Source: an uncultured Acidobacteriota bacterium (GTDB lineage: Bacteria; Acidobacteriota; Thermoanaerobaculia; Multivoradales; JAHEKO01). Taken from it: 64,000 nucleotides of DNA. Below, piece by piece: positions 20,455-29,672 of this stretch. The translations under genes were made by a program, and so were the position numbers. The notes under the pieces were generated by a model. It searched no databases. It was given only the letters and a program-made list of their open reading frames with translations, and was not told the DNA's origin. Where the stretch lies: assembly GCA_963713825.1 (NCBI GenBank), contig CAVQNG010000005.1, positions 448,001 to 512,000 of the forward strand. The letters are read 5' to 3'. Position 1 is the stretch's first letter, and every line of letters starts with the position of its first letter.

Positions 20455-20550
20455 GCGGCCTTTGATTCAGTAGAAGGAGGGGGACCTTGTCGCCGAGGCG
20501 AGCCGATCTCGGGCTCGTCGGGAAATGAAGCCATCGAGGAGGAAGAAACC

Positions 20551-21783
20551 ATGACGTCAGCCGATTCCTCAGCCATGGAGTGGCAGCCAGGGCAGCTGCT
20601 GGAGCACCTGGAGCGGGAAGACGACCTGTTCATCTTCGACGTTCGGAACGAAGACGAATACGAGAGTTGGAAGATCGAGGGGAAGAAGAAGATCCCCATG
20701 GTCAACGTGCCTTACTACGAGATGCTCGAAGTCGATGAGCACGACGACGTGGTCGACACCTTCGTCGACTATCTCGAAGGTGCATGGATGGACAAGCTGC
20801 CCAAGGAGACGCCGATTCTGGCCGTCTGCGCCAAGGGTGACACCTCGGAGTACGTTGCCGAGGCCATGCGACGACTGGGTTTCGATGCTTTCAACATGGC
20901 GGGTGGCACCAAGGCCTGGGGCGACTACTACCACGTGCGCGCCATCGAGGAGACGGAGCATCGCAGTGTGTACCAGATCAGTCGTCCGGCGCGGGGTTGC
21001 CTGAGCTATCTCATCGGCAGTGCTGGTAAGGCCGCGCTCATCGACCCGCTGCGGCACGAACAGCACTATCTCGACCTGGCAGCCGAGAAAGGTCTCGAGA
21101 TCGTTCTGGTTCTGGATACCCACGGGCATGCGGATCACATCAGTGGCGGTCCGGCGATCGCCGAGCATTCTGGAGCGCCTTACTACCTGCACCCCTACGA
21201 TGGGATTCACCCCATCGACGTCCTGCCGGCCAAGATCCCGTACCTGTTCGTCCGTGACGAGCAGGAATTCAAGGTGGGGGAGTGCACGATCCACACGTTT
21301 CACATTCCAGGTCATACGCTGGGTAACCTGGCGTACCTGTTGGACGGCAAGTATCTGTTCACCGGTGACAGCATCTTCATCAAGTCCATCGCACGACCCG
21401 ATCTAGGCGGCCACGGCGACACCTGGGCGCCGATCCACTATCAGTCGCTGCGTAGGTTGCTGGAGCTGTCGGAGGATGTGATCGTCTTGCCGGCCCACTT
21501 CGCCACGCTCGCCGAGGAGAATGGACAGGGACTGTTTGCGGATTCTCTCGGCGAGCTGAAGAAGGTCAATGACGGCCTGCTGATGGTCCAGAAGGGCGAG
21601 GAGGCGTTCGTCAGCTACATCCTCGCGAGTCTGCCCAAGTTCCCGGAGGAATACATCGAGATCAAGCGCGTTAACGCGGGCCTGGTCGAAGTGGGTGAGG
21701 CAAAGGCCTCGGAGCTCGAGCTGGGCAAGAACATCTGCGCGCTCTCAGAAGCCTACGAAGACGACGAAGCGGCGGCCGGCTGA
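20551..21783 (+). CDS. Rhodanese / metallo-beta-lactamase-fold fusion (persulfide dioxygenase-like)
   Basis: N-terminal rhodanese DVRNEDEY..VCAKGDTS; THGHADHISG, PGHT, FTGD..ARPDL MBL motifs. Confidence 0.88.
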   Translation: MTSADSSAMEWQPGQLLEHLEREDDLFIFDVRNEDEYESWKIEGKKKIPMVNVPYYEMLEVDEHDDVVDTFVDYLEGAWMDKLPKETPILAVCAKGDTSEYVAEAMRRLGFDAFNMAGGTKAWGDYYHVRAIEETEHRSVYQISRPARGCLSYLIGSAGKAALIDPLRHEQHYLDLAAEKGLEIVLVLDTHGHADHISGGPAIAEHSGAPYYLHPYDGIHPIDVLPAKIPYLFVRDEQEFKVGECTIHTFHIPGHTLGNLAYLLDGKYLFTGDSIFIKSIARPDLGGHGDTWAPIHYQSLRRLLELSEDVIVLPAHFATLAEENGQGLFADSLGELKKVNDGLLMVQKGEEAFVSYILASLPKFPEEYIEIKRVNAGLVEVGEAKASELELGKNICALSEAYEDDEAAAG

Positions 21784-21891
21784 GCCCGGGCCACGAGCTC
21801 TTTTCGAGTTGGCTCCCCGTCTTGAATCCAAGACGGCCCGAGGTCGTGAGACCTCGAGCCGCTCGGGTTGTCCGATCACCACTTCTGGCAA

Positions 21892-22284
21892 TCAGTCTGC
21901 GTCGTCGGGCTGCTCCGGATCCACCCCCGGCGGTTCCGGATGAGGCGCCATGAGGTACTCTCGCAGACCTTCCATGTCGGTGGCGAGTGACTGATACTGC
22001 TTGCCCTGCTTGGTCAGCTTGGCAGAGCCAGGCTTGCGTACATGGCAGGCTGTGCACTTACCGAAGTCCTGCGTTACGTGGTCATACCCGTCGAATGAGC
22101 CCATGAGCTCGTAGTATTTGCCCTCGTCGGTCATCAATTTGCTGCCGGGCTTGTCATGGCAGACCGTGCAGGCGGCGTCTTCCTTGTTGGCGATCGCCTT
22201 GGTGGCAAAAGCCGAGCCGGCGGGAATCAGCTGTGCAGCCAACGCTATGGCAGTGATACCAGCGATGATCCATAGTTTCTTCAT
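21892..22284 (-). CDS. Small periplasmic diheme cytochrome c
   Basis: Signal peptide; CTVCH and CTACH within an internal duplication. Confidence 0.8.
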   Translation of the reverse strand: MKKLWIIAGITAIALAAQLIPAGSAFATKAIANKEDAACTVCHDKPGSKLMTDEGKYYELMGSFDGYDHVTQDFGKCTACHVRKPGSAKLTKQGKQYQSLATDMEGLREYLMAPHPEPPGVDPEQPDDAD

Positions 22285-22327
22285 GATCTTGGTCTCCTGA
22301 GGAGCCTAGGTGGCGCCTCGCTTGTCC

Positions 22328-23647
22328 TCATTTCCTCGCCCAGGCCCACGAAATACCGAAAGCGGCCGTCCACTGACTGTGCTCGACTGTCGTTCCCGGA
22401 CCGAAGGGATTCACCTGGGGATTGGGGTTGTTGTTGGTCTGTGATGTGTTGAAGGCGTGCTCGATCCCGAACTCATAGGAGATGCTGCCCGCCAGGTAGC
22501 TGAAGCCGAAGGAGAGGTGGTCTTCGACGGTGGCGGGAAACAGCGGGTTGAGGGTGTCATCGGGAACCGGATTCTCACCGTAGTTGTAGCCGGCCCTCAG
22601 GGTCAGCGTGTCGTTCACCCGGTAGTCGGCGCCGAAAGCGTAGACCCATTGATCCTTCCAGTTGAAGACGAAGGGCAGGACCACCTCATCGAATGGCGGC
22701 GGTAGGGGTGCGTCTGGGTTCTTGCCCGTTACCGTGATGGTGTCAATGGCGTCATCCCAGTAGTTCTTCTTGATATCGAGCGCCAGTATCCATCGGTCGT
22801 TGGGTCGCAGGGCGAAGCCGACGCCGGCTTGAGCCGCGAACGTGAATCCGTCCACCTCAGCTTCGTACCCGACCTTCTGTCCGATGAACGGGAATCCGTT
22901 GTAGTTGACCGCCAGGTCACCTCCGGTGAAATCGCTCTTGGTCTCGGTCTGGTAAATGGCGCCGACCGAGAACTTTGGCGTCGCTCGCCACATCCATCCC
23001 AGTCGGAAGTTGTATTGCAGACCGCCAGCCGTACCCATTTCCACTCCGGGAAAGCTGAAGGCGGGGTTGTCGGTGTTGAAGAACGAGGTTTCGGGCCAGA
23101 ACGCGAACGCGACATCCGCATAACCGACATTGGCTGCAAGTCCAATCGACATGTCTTCGTTGATGGCGTACGAGACGGTTGGAACGAGTGTTCCGAAGCG
23201 GACCTCGCTGTCCGTCTTGTCCTGGGTGCCGAAGAAGGTGTTCGTGTTCTTGAACGTGGCACCCATTCCTCCCTGGGCGACCATTCCGATCCCCCAGGAC
23301 CATGGCGAATCTTTGCCGGCACGCACATAGGCGAAGGAGGGCAGCGGGAAGTAGCTGCTCTCGGAGTCGATAGGCGACGGATTGACCATGTTCTCGAAGG
23401 TCAGCGATGGAACCAATACTGCGAGGTTGGCCGTAAAGTGGTTTCCCTGGAGTTGAGAGATGCCGGCCGGGTTGAAGTTGATCGCCAGGCTCCGGTCCGA
23501 GATGGCGAGATTGGCGCCACCTCGACCCAGGGTCTCTGCTCCATAGGCGGTGAGGTACATGCCGTTGGTGGCGGGCAGTTGAGCCGGGGCCACCAGAACC
23601 ATGACCATAAATGCCAGTGGCCAGGCGCGAATTATTCGGGTGTACAT
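22328..23647 (-). CDS. OmpP1/FadL-family outer-membrane transporter (copy 2)
   Basis: ATNGMYLTAYG..GRGGA..NPAG hatch motif, LRAGYNYGENPV. Confidence 0.88.
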   Translation of the reverse strand: MYTRIIRAWPLAFMVMVLVAPAQLPATNGMYLTAYGAETLGRGGANLAISDRSLAINFNPAGISQLQGNHFTANLAVLVPSLTFENMVNPSPIDSESSYFPLPSFAYVRAGKDSPWSWGIGMVAQGGMGATFKNTNTFFGTQDKTDSEVRFGTLVPTVSYAINEDMSIGLAANVGYADVAFAFWPETSFFNTDNPAFSFPGVEMGTAGGLQYNFRLGWMWRATPKFSVGAIYQTETKSDFTGGDLAVNYNGFPFIGQKVGYEAEVDGFTFAAQAGVGFALRPNDRWILALDIKKNYWDDAIDTITVTGKNPDAPLPPPFDEVVLPFVFNWKDQWVYAFGADYRVNDTLTLRAGYNYGENPVPDDTLNPLFPATVEDHLSFGFSYLAGSISYEFGIEHAFNTSQTNNNPNPQVNPFGPGTTVEHSQWTAAFGISWAWARK

Positions 23648-23709
23648 GATTGTCTCCTGAAAAATCCGGTGCTCGATGAGTTGGGAAGGTCCCAATCAGG
23701 GCATCGGGA

Positions 23710-24246
23710 TCAGATAAAGATGATCTGTGCTCCAGCGCTCTTCTCGTAGAAGTCCATTACAGTCAGGACCTCATCGACCTGAGGCAACAGGTCCGTTTCT
23801 TCGAGCTTGAACATGTCCATGGCCATGCGGCAGGCATAGAGCTCTGCGCCGGCGTCGGAGAGCATCTCGATGAACTCCCGTACTGGTGGGATGTCGAGAT
23901 CCTCCATCTGCTTCTTCATCATCTTGCTGGCCACGGCTTCCATGCCCGGCAGTCCACCGACCATCGTCGGCATCATGGGCAGGGCGGGATTGCCGACGGT
24001 CGCCACGTGAAGGTTGTCGACCTTCTTCTCGGTAATCATGTCGAGGCCCCAGAAGGTGAAGAACACCATGGCCTCGATGCCCATCATCCGGGCGCCGTTG
24101 GCCATCACCAGCCCGGGATAGGCCATGTCCAGAGAGCCTTTCGAGCAGATGATGCTGACCCTCTCTATCGGTTCTCGTTGGGGCTCCTCGTCCGCTACCG
24201 TGGGCTGTCCACTGATGACGGGTTCGTTGATTGTTGTCGTTGTCAT
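23710..24246 (-). CDS. DsrE2-type sulfurtransferase (copy 2)
   Basis: SKGSLDMAYP, FFTFWGL, YACRMAMDM motifs. Confidence 0.9.
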   Translation of the reverse strand: MTTTTINEPVISGQPTVADEEPQREPIERVSIICSKGSLDMAYPGLVMANGARMMGIEAMVFFTFWGLDMITEKKVDNLHVATVGNPALPMMPTMVGGLPGMEAVASKMMKKQMEDLDIPPVREFIEMLSDAGAELYACRMAMDMFKLEETDLLPQVDEVLTVMDFYEKSAGAQIIFI

Positions 24247-24323
24247 GATCGTCTCTCAGTTCCTTGATAGATCGAGCTCGATTGCCAGATCGATGCTCGG
24301 TTTTGTTTGGTTTTTCGATGGCC

Positions 24324-24641
24324 TCAGATGCAGCCTTGGGGCTTCGGCAGACCGGACACCATGGCGGCAAGCTTGCCGGGGCCCTTTGGAAACAACTGGT
24401 AGAGGTCCTTCATGTTGACACCCGAGTTTTTGGAGATCCGACGCAGCCCCGGGGGCGTTCCCTGCTTGGCCGCATCCTCCCGGCAGAAGGTGATGACCTT
24501 CCAATGCTGGTCGTTGAGCTCGTCGATGCCGATTTCTTTGGCGATGGCCTCGGCTACCTCGGGTGTCCACTGACTGCTATCCATCAGAAAGCCCTCGTCG
24601 TTGACCTCGATGGACTGTCCGGCGTACTCGACTACTGGCAT
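24324..24641 (-). CDS. tusE: TusE/DsrC-family sulfur relay protein (single C-terminal Cys, TusE type)
   Basis: NDEGFL..WTPEVA..HWKVI..LFPKGP..GLPKPQGCI; second DsrC cysteine absent. Confidence 0.85.
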   Translation of the reverse strand: MPVVEYAGQSIEVNDEGFLMDSSQWTPEVAEAIAKEIGIDELNDQHWKVITFCREDAAKQGTPPGLRRISKNSGVNMKDLYQLFPKGPGKLAAMVSGLPKPQGCI

Positions 24642-24712
24642 GTTGGTGCCTCCTTTCAACAACTTGTTTGGCAGTAATTTCGATCAATGCGAATTCGAAG
24701 AATCTGGGTCTC

Positions 24713-25975
24713 TCAAGAGGTCAACTCTGCATCCGCTGCGAGCTTGCCCGGGCGCTTCTTCCCAACCATCGACATCTGGTTCGGAACCGGAATCGGATGG
24801 CCGGGCAGCAGCGCGTGCCAGTAAACGTGCCGGAACATGAGCTTGCCCCAGTGGTTGAACCGGCTTTCCTTGAGGAGCGGGAAGGGGCCCACGGTCGGGA
24901 GAGGGTAGACGCCCGGCAGCGGCTCCTGCTCGTAGTTGAAATCGATCAGCATGGCCCTGCCGTAGCCGCTCTCGATGAAGCAGTTGGCGTGGCCGTCGAA
25001 GACCGCCTTGGGAGTCTCGCCCTTGATGAGGTGCAGAACGTTGTCCACGACCACTTCGGCCTGGAAGTGCGCCACCGAGCCGGCCTTCGAGGTCGGCAGG
25101 TCCGTAGCGTCGCCAAGCACGAAAATGTTGTCGTAGTTGTTGGCGATCAGGCTGTGTCGGTCGGTCGGAATGAAGGCCAGGTCGTCGCCCAAGCCTGAAT
25201 CTTGGATGAACTGGGCACCCATGTGCGTCGGGATGGTGATCAACATGTCGAAGGGGACTTCGCGCTCGTCGTAGGAGCGCAGCACCTTGCGATCGACATC
25301 CACTTCGCTGGCGTTGTACTCGGCCTCGACCTTGATGCCGCGGTCGTCGAGGATGCCGCCCAGGGCTTTCGCGGCGATGGGCTTGGTGAAGGCGCCGTCG
25401 AGGGGTGTGACGTAGGTCAGCTCGACGTTGTCCCGGATGCCCTTCTCGGTGAAGAAAGACTCTGCGAGGAACGTGATCTCCAAGGGTGCGACGGGGCACT
25501 TGATGGGCATCTCGACGGTGTTCACGACCACCCTGCCGCCTTCGAACGTCTTCAGGGCATCGCGCATGGCAACCGAGCCCTCGAGTGTGTAGAAGTCGAA
25601 AATGCTCTTCTGCCACTCGTCGCCGAGAAGCCCAGGAGTCTCTTCCGGGCGAATATGGGAGCCGGTGGCGATCACGAGAAGGTCGTATGGGACCTTGTCG
25701 TCGCCGTCGAGAATGACTTGATTGTTGTCGGCATCGACCTGCTGGACCTGGCGCTGGATCCACTCGATTCCCTTGCCGAGAGTGCTCTTCCGCGGCCGAA
25801 TGGTCTTTTCCGGAGTCTGCATCTCGAACGGGATGAAGATGAGATCCGGCTGAAACAGGTGGTCGGTGTCCGGGTCGATGATCTTCAACGCCCAATCCGA
25901 GGGCAACTTCTTGCGGAGCATGTTGGCGACGGTCGTGCCCGCCGTACCAGCTCCCAGGATGACGAAGTTCTTCAT
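24713..25975 (-). CDS. sqr: Sulfide:quinone oxidoreductase-like flavoprotein (type III-like)
   Basis: GAGTAG Rossmann motif, IKCPVAPLE, GDAT..SKAGSVAH, FDGHANCFIE. Confidence 0.82.
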   Translation of the reverse strand: MKNFVILGAGTAGTTVANMLRKKLPSDWALKIIDPDTDHLFQPDLIFIPFEMQTPEKTIRPRKSTLGKGIEWIQRQVQQVDADNNQVILDGDDKVPYDLLVIATGSHIRPEETPGLLGDEWQKSIFDFYTLEGSVAMRDALKTFEGGRVVVNTVEMPIKCPVAPLEITFLAESFFTEKGIRDNVELTYVTPLDGAFTKPIAAKALGGILDDRGIKVEAEYNASEVDVDRKVLRSYDEREVPFDMLITIPTHMGAQFIQDSGLGDDLAFIPTDRHSLIANNYDNIFVLGDATDLPTSKAGSVAHFQAEVVVDNVLHLIKGETPKAVFDGHANCFIESGYGRAMLIDFNYEQEPLPGVYPLPTVGPFPLLKESRFNHWGKLMFRHVYWHALLPGHPIPVPNQMSMVGKKRPGKLAADAELTS

Positions 25976-26017
25976 GAAAGTTCCTTTCTCTAGAATCGTT
26001 GCTCGCTCATATTGAGT

Positions 26018-26033
26018 AGCATTGAGCGTGCCA
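26018..26033 (-). promoter_or_regulatory. Sigma-54 (-24/-12) promoter of the sqr-tusE-dsrE-fadL-cytc operon
   Basis: Minus strand TGGCACGCTCAATGCT (GG-N10-GC), about 40 nt upstream of the sqr ATG. Confidence 0.8.
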
Positions 26034-26103
26034 ACATTGTAACTACTGGTTTCAAAGGGGTTAAGGTGATACCACTCGGATCAGCGGAGTGCTACGAGAC
26101 CTA

Positions 26104-26132
26104 ACGTTTCACTGAAACGTTTCATTTGAAAC
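26104..26132. promoter_or_regulatory. Tandem palindromic upstream activator sites for the sigma-54 activator
   Basis: ACGTTTCA-C-TGAAACGT and GTTTCA-TT-TGAAAC, 70-100 nt upstream of the sigma-54 promoter. Confidence 0.65.
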
Positions 26133-26252
26133 TTTATGTTGCAACGCAAAGTTCCGTGATGCCCCACAGGAGCGCCGAGAAAAGGGTGGCACCTCGAGAG
26201 AGCGTCGAGGCAGTGAGGCTATGTGGCGGGAAAAAAACGGGTGGCACCCGGG

Positions 26253-27674
26253 TTACTTGAGGAGGCCGTGTTCGCGCATCTTCCGCCACAGGGTCGTACG
26301 GCTCATGCCCAGAGCCTCGGCCGCTTCGGCGCGTCGCCATTGATGGGCTTCGAGGGCAGCGCGAAGGCGCTCGTGCTCCGGGTCGCTGTCGAGCGGAACT
26401 TCGACGCGGCGCTCGGGTTCCGACTGCGGCTCGGGGCTCGGCCGGAAGGGCCGGGTGACGGTCACTGGCAGGGGTTCGGCGCCTGAGATCTCCAGTGGCA
26501 GGTCCCGTGGATGGAGGGTCTGGCTTCGGCTGACCGCTATCGCGTACTCGAGGGCGTTCTCCAACTCGCGGACATTGCCGGGCCAGGAGTAGCGCAGCAG
26601 AGCCCGCATCGCATCGGGTGAGAGCCTGACCGAGCGATCATGCCGGGCACCGACGCGGGCCAGGAGGTGACGGGCCAGGGGCTCGATGTCCTCACGCCTC
26701 TTGCGCAGAGGCGGTACTTCGATGGGTACGACACGCAAGCGGTAGTAGAGATCTTCACGAAAGGAGTCGTCGAGGATGGCCTGCCGAAGGTCCTTGTTAG
26801 TCGCCGCGATGATCCTGGCGTCCGAGCTTCGGCTCTCGCTCTCACCAACGCGCTCGAAGGTCCTCTCCTGCAGCACGCGCAAGAGCTTCACCTGCAAATG
26901 AACGGGAATGTCGCCCACCTCGTCGAGGAAAATGGTGCCGCTCGAAGCGAGCTCGAAACGACCTACCCGGTCCCGCACGGCTCCTGTAAAGGCACCTCGT
27001 ACATGGCCGAAGAGCTCACTCTCGAGCAGGTCCTGCGGGATGGCTCCCGAATTGACAGCCACGAAAGGGCCCTTGCTGCGAGGTGAGTGCACATGGATGG
27101 CCCGTGCGACGAGCTCCTTGCCGGTACCGCTCTCGCCAGTGATGAGAACCGTGGCATCGCTTCCTGCCAGGTGCTCGATCAGCCCGAAGATGCGCAGCAT
27201 CGAGGCTGACCTCGCCACCAGCCCAGAGAACACCGTCGGAGCGGCCGAGCCCGCCTGGTGATCCTCCTGGCTGGGTCGGACGACGACAACGTAGGCCACT
27301 CTGGGGTCGCATACCTCGGAGTCGGCGTGGATCACAGGCGCCGTGCTGATCGAGACGAGGTGAGGCTGAAATCCTTCAATCTGCAGGTTGCCGCCCCAGC
27401 CTTCGCGACGGTCACCGGCCGCGAGGGCCCTACGCAGCGACCCTTCGTTGCCGAACAGCTCACTCCCCAGGATGGATTCGATCGGCAGTCCGAGAATGGA
27501 TTTGGCTGCTCCCGGACCCATGATCCGATCCAGGCCTTTGGAGGCGTGAACGACATGGAACTGGCGATTGACGCAGATCAGAGCCCGGCCGAGCGACTCG
27601 AAGAGAGTGCTGACGCCGTCGAGGATGTCGTCGGCACCGAGCCCGGCAGGGGGCCACTCCTCTAGGGGAGGCAC
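26253..27674 (-). CDS. Sigma-54-dependent activator (PAS, AAA+, Fis HTH)
   Basis: GESGTGKE, GAFTGA, FLDEVG, WPGNVREL, LGMSRTTLWRKM; GTG start after GAGGA. Confidence 0.93.
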   Translation of the reverse strand: MPPLEEWPPAGLGADDILDGVSTLFESLGRALICVNRQFHVVHASKGLDRIMGPGAAKSILGLPIESILGSELFGNEGSLRRALAAGDRREGWGGNLQIEGFQPHLVSISTAPVIHADSEVCDPRVAYVVVVRPSQEDHQAGSAAPTVFSGLVARSASMLRIFGLIEHLAGSDATVLITGESGTGKELVARAIHVHSPRSKGPFVAVNSGAIPQDLLESELFGHVRGAFTGAVRDRVGRFELASSGTIFLDEVGDIPVHLQVKLLRVLQERTFERVGESESRSSDARIIAATNKDLRQAILDDSFREDLYYRLRVVPIEVPPLRKRREDIEPLARHLLARVGARHDRSVRLSPDAMRALLRYSWPGNVRELENALEYAIAVSRSQTLHPRDLPLEISGAEPLPVTVTRPFRPSPEPQSEPERRVEVPLDSDPEHERLRAALEAHQWRRAEAAEALGMSRTTLWRKMREHGLLK

Positions 27675-27702
27675 GGGTTCATCCTCAGAGCAGGCACGGC
27701 TT

Positions 27703-28215
27703 TCACTCCCACCAGATATCCAGCTCTTCCGGTGGATTGAGCTTTTCGGGCTCGAAGCCCAGACGGCGCAGCTCGGTGATAACGGCTTCTTCCACCTCGG
27801 GTATCGCCGCCATGACCGGCTCGCTGAGCGTAGTCTGTAGCTCGACCTGGGAGGGGATGACTCCGACCAGAAGTACGTCGTCCGGCGCCTCGCCGATGAA
27901 ATCACCAGCCAGCAGCGCGTCTCGCAAGCTGGGATCGTGGGGTGACAGGCGCAAAGCGGGAAGGATCTTGGCGATATCCTGTTGCCGGTAGAGACGCACC
28001 TCGCCCGGCTCTCCCTTGGCTTTCACGGCATCCAGAACGATCACAGCGTCGAACTGGGCCATGTAGTTGACGAACTCCGGCCCTGGCGTGCCGAGATCGA
28101 GAAGCTCGATCTCCGACGGGAAGATGTAGTTGGCCTTAAGGAATTGGAGGACGTACGCACCGAAGGCGTCGTCCCCCATGATGATGCTGCCCAATGAGAT
28201 GATTCCAACTTTCAT
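27703..28215 (-). CDS. hybD: [NiFe]-hydrogenase maturation endopeptidase (HybD/HyaD family)
   Basis: LGSIIMGDDAFG, LDLGT, VLDAV..GEPG, SPH motifs. Confidence 0.88.
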   Translation of the reverse strand: MKVGIISLGSIIMGDDAFGAYVLQFLKANYIFPSEIELLDLGTPGPEFVNYMAQFDAVIVLDAVKAKGEPGEVRLYRQQDIAKILPALRLSPHDPSLRDALLAGDFIGEAPDDVLLVGVIPSQVELQTTLSEPVMAAIPEVEEAVITELRRLGFEPEKLNPPEELDIWWE

Positions 28216-28242
28216 GGGCTGCAAGTATATGCGCGTTCTCGG

Positions 28243-28368
28243 CTATTCCTTGCCTCCAGGCTCGCGGAGATAGCGCACGAAGTAGATCAGCAGCACGAGG
28301 AAGCACATCAGCAGCAGGTACTCGAGGCCTTTGGTCTCGAAGATGTTGACGTAGGTGTAGGTTTCCAT
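28243..28368 (-). CDS. 41-aa single-helix membrane peptide (HmcD-like), absent from the ORF track
   Basis: GGAG RBS then METYTYVNIFETKGLEYLLLMCFLVLLIYFVRYLREPGGKE*; directly follows the NrfD gene. Confidence 0.7.
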   Translation of the reverse strand: METYTYVNIFETKGLEYLLLMCFLVLLIYFVRYLREPGGKE

Positions 28369-28384
28369 GGGTTCAGACTCCCTT

Positions 28385-29638
28385 CTACAGGCTGGCCGCA
28401 ATGGGTGGACGCGCGGTTTTCCTCTGCTCTTGCTCGGGCAACTCGTGAGCCTCGCGGAGTACCGGCATGCGCAGAACGATCCAGCGGAAGACCCAGATCT
28501 CGGCCGAGACCACCATCATCGTGACCACGATCTCCTGCCAGGAGGGGTAGTAGCGGACGGCCGCGTTCCAGTTGTAGGCGATCACCGAGATGTTGAGGCG
28601 ATTGACGACGATACCGAGGAGTGTGAGCACCGCGGCGGCTCGGATGATGCCGATGTGCCGGTGGCGCGCTCCGTAGGCGAACATGATGCAGGGAATCAGG
28701 ACGAGACCGATGATCTCGAGCAGATACCAGGCTCCCCAGCCGCCCCGGACCATCGTCCACTGCTTGTCGTGGAGAAAGATCAGCGCCCGGAAGAAGTAGT
28801 ACACGAACATGGAGATGGCGGCGCCCTTCGCCAGACCGATCACGATGTCGTCAAAGGAACCGTGCTTCTTCGGGTCGATCTGGTCCTTGAAGACCCGATG
28901 GCTGATGGTGCCTTCGAAGATGATCATGGAGAGTCCTGCGAAGATGCTCGAGACGAGGAAGAAGATGGGAATGAACTCGGAGTACCAGAGTGGGTGGATC
29001 TTGGGCTTGGCCATCAGGTAGAGGGCGCCGAGACCCGACTGGTGCAAGCTGGACAGGGTGACACCAAAGATCACCGCGGCCAGCGTCAGGGAGGAGAGGA
29101 TTCTTCGGGCTCGGCGGGCTCCCAGCCACTCGGCTACAACGGGAGAGAATTCGAGCAATTCCGTGAGCATGTAGAGCAGGAAATGCCAGGAAACCAGAAA
29201 GAGGACCGAGTTGAATCCGAAGCTATTGCCGATGATGGGGTTGATGATGTTCCAGGGCCGGCCCAGGTCGAGGGCCAGAGCGCCGGCGTAGAAGACATAC
29301 GCCAAAAGGCCGTTCAGGACCGTGGCACGGACGATGGGGTGGTATTTCTCCATACGCATGATGTAGACGGCGAACGTGATCGTGTAGGCGCCCCCGGCGA
29401 AGGCGACGCCAGTGACGACGTCGAATCCGATCCAGAAACCCCAGGGATACTCCTGTGAGAGATTGGTGACCGCACCCAGGCCCTTGGTGAAACGGACGAC
29501 CAGGATCCCCAGCCCGAGGAGCATGATGGGCACCGAGATCACGTTGAAGGGCGTGAAGATTTTGCCCCGTGGGCGCAGCTGGGAACGGACGAAGTTCCAG
29601 AATCCACCCTGGTCACGGACGACAGTCATCGAAGTCAT
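28385..29638 (-). CDS. NrfD-family membrane subunit (HmcC/HybB-like)
   Basis: YPWGFWIGFDV, DLGRPW, SSLHQSGLG, RLNISVI, YYPSWQE. Confidence 0.9.
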   Translation of the reverse strand: MTSMTVVRDQGGFWNFVRSQLRPRGKIFTPFNVISVPIMLLGLGILVVRFTKGLGAVTNLSQEYPWGFWIGFDVVTGVAFAGGAYTITFAVYIMRMEKYHPIVRATVLNGLLAYVFYAGALALDLGRPWNIINPIIGNSFGFNSVLFLVSWHFLLYMLTELLEFSPVVAEWLGARRARRILSSLTLAAVIFGVTLSSLHQSGLGALYLMAKPKIHPLWYSEFIPIFFLVSSIFAGLSMIIFEGTISHRVFKDQIDPKKHGSFDDIVIGLAKGAAISMFVYYFFRALIFLHDKQWTMVRGGWGAWYLLEIIGLVLIPCIMFAYGARHRHIGIIRAAAVLTLLGIVVNRLNISVIAYNWNAAVRYYPSWQEIVVTMMVVSAEIWVFRWIVLRMPVLREAHELPEQEQRKTARPPIAASL

Positions 29639-29672
29639 GGTCGTGCTCCGTAATTCTGGTCTGTCATGACCG

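Noticed and set aside
24324-24641. DsrC implying dissimilatory sulfite reduction
   Set aside because: Only the terminal Cys is present and no dsrAB or dsrMK lies in the window; TusE-type
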